Below, piece after piece: positions 12,145-24,406 of a stretch of 64,000 nt of DNA. Every line of letters starts with the position of its first letter. Within the stretch, counting starts at the first letter, position 1. Source of the stretch: Octopus vulgaris (taxonomy: Eukaryota); NCBI GenBank assembly GCA_951406725.2, contig OX597828.1, positions 8,432,001 through 8,496,000 of the forward strand, read 5' to 3'. A model generated the notes under the pieces. That model was not told the origin of the DNA. It saw only the letters and a program-made list of their open reading frames with translations, and did not search any database. Made by a program: the position numbers and the translations under genes.

Positions 12145-12305
12145 TATACGACAGGCTTCTTTCAGTTTCCGTCTACAAAATCCACTCACAAGGTCGGCCC
12201 GGAGCTATAGCAGAAGACACTTACCTAAGATGCCACGCAGTGGGACTAAACCCAGAACTATGTGGTTGGTTAGCAAGCCACTTACCACACAGCCACTCCT
12301 GCGCC
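12145..12305 (-). mobile_element. SINE family A, 5' half with tRNA-like head
   Basis: Reverse complement AGGCGCAGGAGTGGCTGTGTGGTAAG (A box)..GGGTTTAGTCCC (B box). Confidence 0.9.
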
Positions 12306-12326
12306 TATACATACATACATACATAC

Positions 12327-12385
<59 letters not shown>

Positions 12386-12419
12386 TATTTATATATATCA
12401 TTTATTTATTTATATACAT

Positions 12420-12780
12420 GTACATGTGGAGAGCCACTTAAACAGAAAACATAGCCGCACCTTGAGCTGAGCCCTAGAACAGAATGGAAGTTTATTCGCG
12501 AAATCGTTAAAGCTTCGGACAGTGCTCTGTTGTGAATCTTCATTATGTGACTTTAGTTATAGGTTTGTGACTCCACAAACTTGTTTCAAGTGAACACCAA
12601 TGTATTAAGGAAGCAGACAATACTTGGTATGTGAAACCTTGTAATAGCTGTCCTGGGACATCTGGTTTTGATGGCATAGGCAAATCATATATTTAAGTAC
12701 ACTCATGCATGCACATATGCACCTGTATTCTTCAGTGGCGACCTTTAGCACACTTATAGTTTATGCAAAGCTTAAGATTG
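12420..12780 (+). mobile_element. Interspersed repeat related to the 42370-42720 element (putative Penelope pLTR-like)
   Basis: Shares GAGAGCCACTT/GAGAACCACTT and a downstream NGANNG..GAAA arrangement with the 42.4 kb element. Confidence 0.3.
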
Positions 12781-13637
12781 AACTCAAGTAAATGAAGTGT
12801 GATATGTATTGAATAAGAACTGTTGTCATCAAAATGTAAGGTAAAACAAAATCTTGAATTGAATGTCGGACAAAAAAAGTGATAAAGAAAATAGTTAGAA
12901 ACATTACTTTTATAAAATATCTTTCTTGTTTTCCGTTGATAATTTATTTTCCTGAAAGCATAAAAAAGAAAACTTTTACGTAAAACTACGCATAGAGAAT
13001 GTTGATGTTTATTCTCACAACAGTTACGTATAAATATATATGTAAAATAAGAAAAACTACACTATCATTCAAAATACATTTATTTATTTTATAAATGATA
13101 ACGAATAAAATTAGCGGCAACGAAACACTAAAATTAATAATAATAGATTTTAGGATATGAGCAGCTGCTTTCAAAACACTTTTTTTTCTAAATTGTAATG
13201 GTTTGATACATTTTTAATACGCTTGGTTATATCTGTGAATATAGTTTTTACTGGATTCATTCTCTCGGGTTCTCAAAATGGCATGTGCATATTCTCCACA
13301 GAGCAAAATCTTGTATAGAACTCATTCTATCCACACTTATATACGCAACGATTCGAGAAACGACTTTAAAATAATACCTACCCATTCCCTTTCCATCAAT
13401 TGCAAATCTTTTCTTCTGTGACATAGTATTGATTTATCCAATTCAAATAAACACTAAGGACTTATCTAAGTCAGCAAAGTGTTTACTTCCATGCACCCCT
13501 ATAACTTCAACTTCTAGTTCTTTTCGGGTTTCCCGATACACATATACATACGTACGTACGATATATACAGAGAAGGGGGAGACAGGTAGCTAGATAGCTA
13601 TATATATCTACCTATTTTTCTCCTCTCTCGCTCTCTT

Positions 13638-13720
<83 letters not shown>

Positions 13721-13989
13721 TAATATAATTAGAGCTAAAACCACTGTTATGCAATTCAAACAATGATAGACATAAACCAAAACATAAATAACAAATAAAA
13801 TATATTTTTATAAAACATATAACTAGATCACAAAAAGTATAAAATTGAATAATCAATATATGATAATTAAAAATATCTATCATTGTTTGAATTGCATAAT
13901 AGTGGTTTTATCTCTAATTTATATTTTATATATTTATATTGTGAAATTTGATTTAATCCTAACTTAAATTTTTCCCAGTAAGTTTCGAG

Positions 13990-13992
13990 TTA

Positions 13993-14058
<66 letters not shown>

Positions 14059-14065
14059 ATTATTA

Positions 14066-14104
<39 letters not shown>

Positions 14105-14125
14105 TCCCTATTATTATTATTATTA

Positions 14126-14190
<65 letters not shown>
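13990..14190. repeat. (ATT)n microsatellite
   Basis: Read directly. Confidence 0.97.
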
Positions 14191-14193
<3 letters not shown>

Positions 14194-14640
14194 TAGTTTT
14201 ATTTTTATAGCGTGCTTTCACTTCACTACCGAGCGCAGCTCTGTGTGCCTTAGGTATGTGCTGTGATTTGTTGTGATGCTCTGATGGTTATTGTATGGAA
14301 AGTGTTCTGCGTAGGATGTGTGCAGTGCCTAGTAGTGCAATTTTCTCTATGTTATATGTGTTTGTAAGTCCTGGTGTTTTTGTTATGTATTTGTCTGAAT
14401 ATTTTTTTATCATGCCTAATGAACCTACTATGATAGGAATTGTTTCTGTTTTTAGATTCTACATTCTGGTTACCTCTATTTCCAGGTCTTTGTATTTTGA
14501 AAGTTTCTCTATTTCTTTTAGAGACACGTTGTCATCTGCCGGTATTGATACATCAATTAGAAAGCATTTTTTTCTTCATGATCTCTGACAACTATATCTG
14601 GTCTGTTGGCCTTAATTTCTCTCTCTGTGTGTATCGGCAT
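14190..14640 (-). pseudogene. 5'-truncated Dong/R4-type LINE inserted in (TAA)n
   Basis: MPIHTEREIKANRPDIVVRDHEEK-CFLIDVSIPADDNVSLKEIEKLSKYKDLEIEV..IPIIVGSLG..GTAHILRRTLS (PD-(D/E)xK REL domain); (ATT)n on both sides. Confidence 0.93.
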
Positions 14641-14647
14641 ATTATTA

Positions 14648-14697
<50 letters not shown>

Positions 14698-14719
14698 GTT
14701 ATTATTATTATTATTATCA

Positions 14720-14801
<82 letters not shown>

Positions 14802-14821
14802 CATTATTATCATTATTATCA

Positions 14822-14881
<60 letters not shown>

Positions 14882-14900
14882 ATTATTATTGTTATTATTA
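14640..14900. repeat. (ATT)n microsatellite
   Basis: Read directly. Confidence 0.97.
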
Positions 14901-15325
14901 ATATATATAGTAATATCTATTTGCCAACTCAATGTGTCAGGCTTACACAGAACGATGTGTAAGCCACAGAAAAACATCTTTTCCAGGTGGCTACCGACAT
15001 ATGTGATGTATCTGTGTAGTGTGAGCAAGGTAGTTTATTGCTCCCTTTCTAGCGTTAGCGATACCTGTTGACCAATGGATTCTGGATTATATCCCTTCTT
15101 CGGTAGAGGACAATCGCCGGCTAGAGATGTAAGACACTCGAACTCGCTCACAGTATATACTTTTAAAGCGACACACGGTCGCTGATGTCGTAAAGAGAAA
15201 AGCATCTGTTTTAAAATCTCTGACCGAGAAGTATGTAGTAACAATACCGAACAGTAAATTTTTATTGCCAACACAATGCTACATTCCTACACAGGACGAT
15301 GTTACTGCTTTTTATTATATATTTA

Positions 15326-15384
<59 letters not shown>

Positions 15385-15404
15385 ACTCTCTCTCTTTTAC
15401 TCTT

Positions 15405-15785
15405 TTACTTGCTTCAGTCATTTGACTGCGCCCGTGCTGAAGCACCGCCTTTAGTCGAGCAAATCGACCCTGGGACTTATTCTTTGTAAGCCCAGTACTT
15501 ATTCTATCGGTCTCTTTTGCCGAACCGCAAAGTGACGGGGACATAAACACACCAGCATCGGTTGTCAAGCAATGCTAGGGAGACAAACACACACACACAC
15601 ATATATATATATACATATATACGACAGGCTTCTTTCAATTTCCGTCAACCAAATCCACTCATAAGGCATTGGTCGGCCCGAGGCTATAGCAGAAGACACT
15701 TGCCCAAGATGCCATGCAGTGGGACTCAACCCGGAACCATGTAGTTGATTAGCAAGCTACTTACCACACAGCCACTCCTGCGCCT
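15405..15785 (-). mobile_element. SINE family A, full length with internal (CA)n(TA)n
   Basis: tRNA-like head with A and B boxes at the right end, TTGGGCAAGTG central motif, 3' end CAGTCAAATGACTGAAGCAAGTAAAAGA. Confidence 0.92.
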
Positions 15786-15799
15786 ATATAAACAGTTAG

Positions 15800-16155
15800 A
15801 ATTTTTTTCTGGCTGTGCAGCCCATCTCACTTAAGAGGTCCCTGAATAAAGTTTGTTTCAGAATGTTGAAAGAAACACCCATGTTCACGGAGGTGAATTA
15901 TCCAAACACCAACATATTTCTTTCAACACACAGCCATGATGCTCCCCCCACTGCTTCTGCTTGTATTCAGAGATGCCACTAAGGGCATATTCAACTGGTT
16001 ACGGTCAAGCAACTGACAGGCACATGTGTTGTATACAGCAGGATATTTGCTGTAGCCTATCTTTTATACCAAGACAACACAATTTATAGGATAAAACTTC
16101 CAATCAGCTCAGATGAGAAGCCATGAGAACCACTGCTTGGTACTGCATCAGAGCA

Positions 16156-16160
<5 letters not shown>
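15800..16160. mobile_element. Unclassified repeat ending at an (ATT)n tract (possible LINE 3' end)
   Basis: Complex sequence between a SINE head and a trinucleotide array; no diagnostic motif recognised. Confidence 0.3.
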
Positions 16161-16540
<380 letters not shown>

Positions 16541-16873
16541 TGGAAGTGGGCTGGAGAATCTAGCAATGCTAGTGTTTTTATTGATGACATTTTAGCAAAA
16601 TTAAAATGCAAGATGTCTTCTGAAACTTTACAGAGTTAAAGAATTATGTGTCTGAGAATTAAATTACACGAGAAGGAAAAGGAGACAAAATATTATAAAT
16701 GAAGGAAAAATTGCAAAGCATTGAATACTAGAAAGGTTAAAAGTAATAGATAAATATACATCTTATACTCACATACATGTGAATGATTACATATCCATAC
16801 ATACATGCATACATACATATATACATACATGCATACATACATACATACATACATACATACATACATACATACA

Positions 16874-16907
<34 letters not shown>

Positions 16908-16951
16908 CATATATGTATTCTTGCCTGTGCTTATATGCGTATATATGTATA

Positions 16952-17418
16952 TATATTACATATGCTAGTTTCTTTGAATGACTTCGGGTACATCACCGAA
17001 TGAGGGAGTGCGAGCATGAGTGGGAATATGAATAGATGTGGATGTGTGTTTACGTGTGTGTGTATGTGTGTGTGTGTATGTGTGTGTGTATGTGTGTGTG
17101 TGTATGTGTGTGTGTATGTGTGTGTGTGATGTGTATATTTGTGTGAGTACGAGTGTGAATGGAAATGAGTGAGATAACCTGCAATAAAAAAGCCCAAATC
17201 TTCGTAAAATATGTTGAATGTAATATGTAATATATGCATATATATGTAATATATATATATATATTTATATATATGTGTGTGTGTGTATGTATATATCTAT
17301 ATATATACATACGTATATATATATATATATATGCCTCTCTATATGTGTATATAAGCACACACATATGTACACGTGCATACACAGACATACACGTGCAGAG
17401 GTGCAGACACTCATAAGT

Positions 17419-17456
<38 letters not shown>

Positions 17457-17558
17457 GTAAACACACATCCATATCTATTCACATTCCCACTCATGCTCGC
17501 ACTCCCTCATTCGGTGATGTACCCGAAGCCATTCAAAGAAACTAGCATATGTAATATA
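16952..17558. repeat. Long near-perfect inverted repeat (105 bp arms), foldback/MITE-like
   Basis: 16952-17056 against the reverse complement of 17454-17558 shows 3 mismatches; (TG)n/(CA)n extends the arms inward. Confidence 0.95.
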
Positions 17559-17773
17559 CTTTATGTCTTCTGAGCCAAACAGTTTGTGTTCTTAATATAA
17601 ATAGTAAACTTCAGTGTTTTTCTAAATTGTATAAACCTTTTAAATAAAGAAATAAATGCATAAACATTGTAAACTTTGCATTAAGCTTTCTATATATCCG
17701 TTAATATATGTTCATATAAAATGTTAAAGAAAGCGATTCATTTAGATGTGTACAATAGTTGTAAAAGTATACG

Positions 17774-19051
17774 TACGAGGCTGTACCCACAAGAAACCGG
17801 AATTTTGCGTTATTTTACTCACTTAGTTTTACGTGTTTACTCTTTTATCGCTTTCGAATAATTCTCCGTTTATAGTAAAGCATTGGTCAAAACACGTTTT
17901 CCACTGTTCGAAGTAGTTCTAGAACTCCTGCGAAGTGATGCCGTTTAACGCCTCCCTCGTTTTTTCTTCACCTCTTCCACATCGGCAAAACGTTATCATT
18001 TAAGGATTTTTCATTCGGAACAACAGAGAAAAAAACAACAGGTTGCAGGGAGCAAGATCAGTTGAATAGGGAGTGTAGGTAAATGGGGTCATGCTAGTTT
18101 TGTTCAAAGGCTGTCTGATATTCAAGGTGTTGTGCGAATGTGCATTGCCCTGTTGAAACCACCACACTCCAATTTGCCACTGGTCAGGTTGTTTTCGCCA
18201 AACCGTGTCTCGCAAACGTTTCAGAGCTGCCAAGTAAAATATCTTGTTAACAGTTTGATCACGTGGGACAAATATAGTGTGAACAATTCCTTTCGCATCG
18301 AGGAAATAAATCAGCATCGCCTTGACACTGGACTTCACTTTTCGCATTTTAAGAGGACGTGGTGACATCAATATTTCCATTGTCGTGATTGCTGCATTAT
18401 AACCGTAGCACCGGCTTTTTCAACAGTGATGACGTTCGAAAAGAAGGTTAAGATCAAATTCCAGCAGTTCTTTCAGTTCACGGTAAGCAGTCAGTCGTGA
18501 GTGCTTTTGATCTTCCGTGAGCAAGAGATCTCGAATTTTGCTGGAACTGTTTATATTCGCAATTCGTCGCTTAAAATTCGTTGGTAGAATACACCAGTCA
18601 TATAAACAAGTTCTTCAATTGTTCGGCAAAGGTCCTCCAAAGTCAGTTCATGAATTTTCGTGATGTTTTCATTCGTCCTGTTGTCCTGGACGAAGTTGGT
18701 CCTGAAACGACAAGTAATCGTTTCTAAAGTGAGAAAAACACTCGTAAACTTGTGTGTTGGTCATGGCAGCGTCATCGTGGGTTATTTCAATTTCACGGAA
18801 GCACGCTCTTCCCTTGTTTCAGTCATCGCAAAAATCGAAGCACAGCAAAACAACGACGAACCACATGGAAGTGCGACGCCAGTCGGCAGACTGGTGCCTG
18901 AGGGTTGCAACTAGAGGCTTCTAGCGACGCAAGCTTGAACTACGAGAGGCTTGTCCCATAGAGAAAGATTCAAACGTATTTTCAGTACCTACTAGTATAT
19001 AATTAGCTTAAGTTATTTATATTTTCCGTCGAAAAGATTTTTAACCTCGTA
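17774..19051 (-). mobile_element. Degenerate mariner (DD34D-type) DNA transposon
   Basis: ORF 18000-18380: KAMLIYFLDAKGIVH..QTVN..FQQGNAHSH..PYSTDLAPCN (cf. HDNAPAH, YSPDLAPCD); TACGAGG..CCTCGTA termini about 1.28 kb apart. The right end is tentative. Confidence 0.9.
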
Positions 19052-19116
19052 CTTGCACGTCGTTATGTACAGCTTTATAAACTTCGAGATTCATATATAT
19101 ATATATATATATATAT

Positions 19117-19177
<61 letters not shown>

Positions 19178-19251
19178 GTGTATCTATATCTATATATGTA
19201 TGTCTATCTATCTATCGCACTCTCTCTCTCCCTCTCACTCTTTCCCTCTCC

Positions 19252-19325
<74 letters not shown>

Positions 19326-19659
19326 TTATGTGTGCCTGTTATTACGTAACATGCTCCACGATTTTAGTATACATACCTTATTGTTATTTCCTCTTAAGTT
19401 CCATAAACTCTGGGAACGAATGAAAGCCCTTTTCGGGGCTACTGTATTTGAATTCTTACTATCGGGTAACTAATTCCATAACTGACTTCATTATTTTGGT
19501 ATTATAACTTATAAGGAGTTCCTAAAAAACAAGATCATGTGTAAGACAGTTCGGTATTCTCTATAAATGCACAAAAACCGTTTTAAGGGCTACATGCTTT
19601 GTATTGTTGTTATTGGATTAGCGAAACAATTATGGAAACGGAACCAATGATATGAATTT

Positions 19660-20510
19660 AAATAAAGATTAATACTACCGTTATTAATGATATTAATAAT
19701 GTACTAATTAGGTTCTTAGCAAGTTCACACTTTTACCGGCTAAAAATACACTTTTACAGGCACAATATAAGGTAACTTTAGATTCAGTTGTGTATCTAAT
19801 TCCACTAGATATCATCGGAGCCAACATCCCAAAACCACCGGGCGCTCACTATAAATATACACACACGCAATACAATAAACATTTGAGAAACAGACTTATG
19901 TTTGCGTTGAATACATCAGTAAGTAATTTATATTTCAATACCAACTGATTTCAGCCTCTGTATGACAAACGTACTCTGGGATCTTCAGTTGTAAATGGCA
20001 TTTTAACATCTATTTCTAAAATATTCACTACATTAGCTCGTGTGCGTTCCTTTAAACGTCCAGCGCTATTTAAAAGAAAAATATCGTGAGCAAGAAGAAA
20101 TATAAACAAAGATGTATTATTACCGTTATTAATAATATTTATAAGGTAATAACCAGGTGGTTAACAAGTACATACCTTTACAGGTAAAAAATACACCTTT
20201 GCAGGCACAATATAGGCTAAATTTAGATTCAGAAGAGTATTTAATACCACTTGCTAAAATCAGAGCTAACGCTCCAAAACCATCTAAGAAATTATTCTTG
20301 CTCACGACAGTTTTCTTTTAAATGGTGCGGGACTTTTAAAGTTAAGGAATGCACACGAGCTAATGTCGTGAATATTTTAGGAATAGATGTTAAAATGTTA
20401 TATTCAACTGAAGATCTCATAATATGTTGGTCATATAGAGGGTGCCATCAATTACTATTGAAATATACATTACTGATGTATCCAAACGCACAGGTAAGCC
20501 TATTTCTTAT
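19660..20510. repeat. Compound repeat A-B-A'-B'(inverted), putatively Penelope pLTR-derived
   Basis: A 19660-19840 and A' 20105-20288 are direct repeats; B 19886-20100 and B' 20290-20510 are inverted repeats; about 70-80% identity by eye. Confidence 0.8.
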
Positions 20511-20572
20511 ATGTTCATTGTATATGTATGTATATATATACCTTATCTAAAACAGCAGAAATATAACAACAG

Positions 20573-20610
20573 CTGTTACTCAGAGTTTCACGTTCCCGTT
20601 CGTCGAAGAG
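20573..20610 (-). ncRNA. Degenerate minimal type-I hammerhead ribozyme motif
   Basis: CTCT-TCGACGA-ACG(GGAA)CGT-GAA-ACTC(T)GAGT-A-ACAG: helix II, GAAA, palindromic helix III and a GUA site are present; the core deviates from CUGANGA at two positions. Confidence 0.55.
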
Positions 20611-20694
20611 TTTTGTTAAATAAAGCCTATTACTCTACATCTGGTATTTGAGTACTCTTTCTTCCACCTTGCTTCACATTTATGTGCTTACTCC

Positions 20695-20743
<49 letters not shown>

Positions 20744-22304
20744 AAGCATGCAGGTGTCCACCCCTAGATAAAAACAATAATGTGTTTGTGGTTCCGTTGT
20801 GTGTGTGTAACCGTATGAATATCATATGCAGGGTAAAAATTTGTAACCGGAAATCCCTGTAACTTTTGTCGATATGGCTTTTTTATTTGGTTACACACAA
20901 TATCGTATCCATAGGACATTATACGATTTTGCATGGTGCCAATGAAACCTAGGAAGGAATTATGTTCTCATACTTGAACTAAATCACCTGTCTTCTTGTA
21001 AGTATATCTATTCTACATAGGGATAGCTATTTCATTCCATACGTTTTCCACCTTAGTAGTATATTTTATCTTCTCCTGCATTTGCTTCTTTCTGATCTTA
21101 AATTTTGAAGTCTTGAAGGCTACAATTTTCATATATGCTGGAATTGTTCTGCTGTACTTCTACTCCTATTCTTTTCATAATATGAATTTCACTGAAATAC
21201 CAGCATCCAATTTTAAGTACAATAATGGATTTTGGACCACATCCTGGTGAATTCTGTTCTAATACGATAAAAATTTTCCAAGTTTGGAAATTTTAAATTA
21301 CTATGGCTAATTTTATTTTGCAACGGTTTTCATCTCAGAAGTTATCTGCCTAATGTCACAGAGACAATATGTAATGCCACTCAGTTTTGTCGACAATAGA
21401 AATTACTGTTATTAGCAAAAAGCTCGGGGTGTAATGCTGTCAGCCCACCTCCAGAATGTGTATAAATGAAATCTGTTTAGATAAGGTCGAAAACCAAGGA
21501 AAAAATAAAAAAATCTGATGTTTCGGAAGTAAACTGTGTAATGAATTTTACTGTCAGTTATACGAATTGTCTGACACGAAAAATAAGTTCCTTATAATTT
21601 TAAAAAGAAAATGTATTAAACTATTGTATTACAATAGTGTAATTCATATGTTTGAATAAGAAAAACTGAAACTATAGAATGAACCAAAATATTCCGACAG
21701 TTGTCCACAAATAGGAATACGCATCATCACACCAAACGAAAAATAGATAAAGAAATCGCCAGTAGACTATGAAATTTTAGAAAGACGTGTCTGATGACAT
21801 CTTGTGCTTTCAACTAACCGATCCATTTTCCTTGACTGACACTTGATGAACTACTGAACAGATTGTTCTCAGTTTGCCACATTATTGATTCTTGAGCCGA
21901 GTAAAAATGAACAATACAGGTATTATGGGTATAAGACCACCAGCTAATTTCAGGATGTGGTTTTGAATCTAAATTTAAACTATTTCATTTAATTTGTGTG
22001 AATGACTCTCAAGAAATGTAATATATAACCGAAATAACATAGTAATGTTTCCTACGCTGTATGAAGTTGGAGTGTAATCTCAATCAAAATTTATAAAATA
22101 TTTCAAAGAGTTATTTATTTATTTATTTTTGTTATTAATAACTTGCGATGTTTATCCACGTGTGTTGATGTAAACTAAATATCATTTAAAAAATTACATT
22201 CAAAATTATATATCAACAGCTAAATTTTTAATGTCATTTGTATTTGACAATTTAAACGCCACATGCTTTAAAACTGATATCAACGTAAACTACCATTTAT
22301 AATA

Positions 22305-22610
22305 GCGGACACTGATGTTTATAGTGGTTAGGGCAGCAGACTCGCGGTCGGAGGATTGCGGTTTCGATTCCGAGACCGGGCGTTGTGTGTGTTTATTGAG
22401 TGAAAACACCTAAAAGCTCCACGAGGCTCCGGCAGTGGGTGGTGGGGACCCCTGTTGTACTCTTTCGCCACAACTTTCTCTCACTCTCTTTTTCTTTAGT
22501 ATCGCTGCGATTGACTGGCGTCCCGTCCAGCTATTGGGGGAACACAGAAACCGGGAAAACGGGCCCATGAGCCTCGCTAGGCTTGAAAAGAGCGACGAAA
22601 AAAGAAAACG
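22305..22610 (+). mobile_element. tRNA-derived SINE (head 1 + tail X)
   Basis: AGTGGTTAGGGCAGCAGACTCGCGGTCG..GGTTTCGATTCC head; GACTGGCGTCCCGTCCAG..AGAAACCGGGAAAACGGGCCCATGAG tail. Confidence 0.85.
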
Positions 22611-24233
22611 AATGTTTATAACTCATTTATTTTTTAAAGCTGTGTAGTTCATTGGTAATACTTCCGTGTCGTAGGTGAAAGATGCGTGGTTCGAGCCCTG
22701 ACAAGTGAACTTGTTACTGCTCATGTTTCATGTGTACAATTGTGGTTCATATTCCTCGAACATGACTAGTCTCATTCCATCTCCACTTTGACTTACCTGA
22801 TTTTCTTGCTTCTCCTATCAACAATCATGACTCTTTCTCCCACCAAGCTGCGCATTATTCACCATGTCACATTCTTCCTAATCAAGTGTGTCAGCTTGCA
22901 TTCACTTCTCTCCTTGATTATGTCCTTTTTGCTGATGTTGAATTGCAAAATTTTAAGCGTTACCTTAGCAGCTTAAGACGACGAAGGGCGAAAGCACTAC
23001 CCATATTTTCAGTTTCAGTGAGGAAAGCATAAATAAAACAAAATTTGGTATATTTGTTATTCTTTGTTCACCAAATACCGTGGGATGCAAGAACATGGTA
23101 TTGGCGGTGAGTAAGTGGCTTGCAACATAACCCCACTCTCAATTAATTTAATATAATCTAAGTAATCAGCAAGTCAGTAAAAATCTAATTGCGTAGAGGG
23201 CGCCAAGGTATAATACAGAATAACATTACAGCAAATGGCTTTAAATCATCCAGTAGTGTTTCCGAAGCAGTTTCACTTCTTTTTCGACCATACATATATT
23301 AGCTATTATAGTCGTATGGAGCCAAAGAAACTATTTCAGTTTCTGTTACACACTCTTGTGCAAACTGCCAAAATTACGTGGTGTAAATTGACTTTTGTGC
23401 GTCAGATTATCTGATATATAAAGCCATACTGATTTAATATATCAGTATTTAATGGAATACACATGGCTTTGAATAGAATATTTAATGAAAACGTCTTTGG
23501 TTCGAAAATTGCGATGCAATGTTAAGCATAATAAAAGCGGATATAGATAAACGGAAGTCCGTTTAATGTCACAAGGGTCATTCCCCTCTGCCATCTCTAA
23601 GAAAGCTTAGTGGAAAAAGAAAGAAAACATCCTTACACTTGCATCCATCTGTTTTGTTGCAGGGCGCAATTCTTTTATTACAATCTACTGAAGACAAGTA
23701 TCTGGATTAAGCGACTCCAAAGATGTATTTTAGATCGGAATTGAAGAATACATCCTTCAGTACTACGGAATAATTTCCTTTCGTATTCTATAAAATATAT
23801 TATTTATTATTCGAGAAATCTATCGATATACAGATAAAGGTATACAGGTGCGAATAAATGATTGCATGTATATATATATTAATGTTTGCTAAACTTAAAA
23901 TCAAAGACAGGAATAATGATGAGAATGTTCTAACATAATAAACCAATTGTTTTTTCGTCTCTATACTTAATAGTAGCTCTTAAATACTTCCTTACATACA
24001 AATAGTATTCAAGGAATTTAAGAGAACAAAAATTTACCTCGGTGCTAGTATTAAGTTCATCATACATCACTATACCCGCAGTTATTAAATTTAATTTCAT
24101 ATTTCAAAGGCCGATGAGAACTAGCGAATACGTGAATCATTCTTTCTACGATTTGTGAAACAGCTTGTAGCCTTAGACTTAATTCTTTCTAAAACTTAAT
24201 TCTTTCTAAAAAAACTGAATGACTGTGACCTTA

Positions 24234-24406
24234 TACGAGGTTTTGCTAAAAAGTTATTGGCTTTGAGGATAAATTAATTATGGCTATTCAACACATTCCC
24301 CACTCAAATTCACACATTTAGAGTGATCCGTCAGTCTTTCTAAGCCGTGTAAAAGAACTCGTAAGTTTGGATCTTAAAGCCAGGAACTTTCCTGCACCCC
24401 GTCGTA
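24234..24406 (-). mobile_element. Mariner-derived MITE
   Basis: ~31 bp imperfect TIRs (TACGAGGTTTTGCTAAAAAGTTATTGGCTTT / AAAGCCAGGAACTTTCCTGCACCCCGTCGTA) with TA ends; interior resembles a transposase C-terminus (CV.L.G..VE*). Confidence 0.8.

Noticed and set aside
22310-22380. tRNA gene (also the heads at 27670-27742, 32250-32318, 32660-32730)
   Set aside because: A and B boxes are present but run directly into SINE bodies; no complete cloverleaf with terminator.
24177-24212. Short tandem duplications (also ~47200, ~49655, ~50137)
   Set aside because: Ordinary 15-30 bp slippage duplications; two units only, with no CRISPR-like repeat-spacer pattern.
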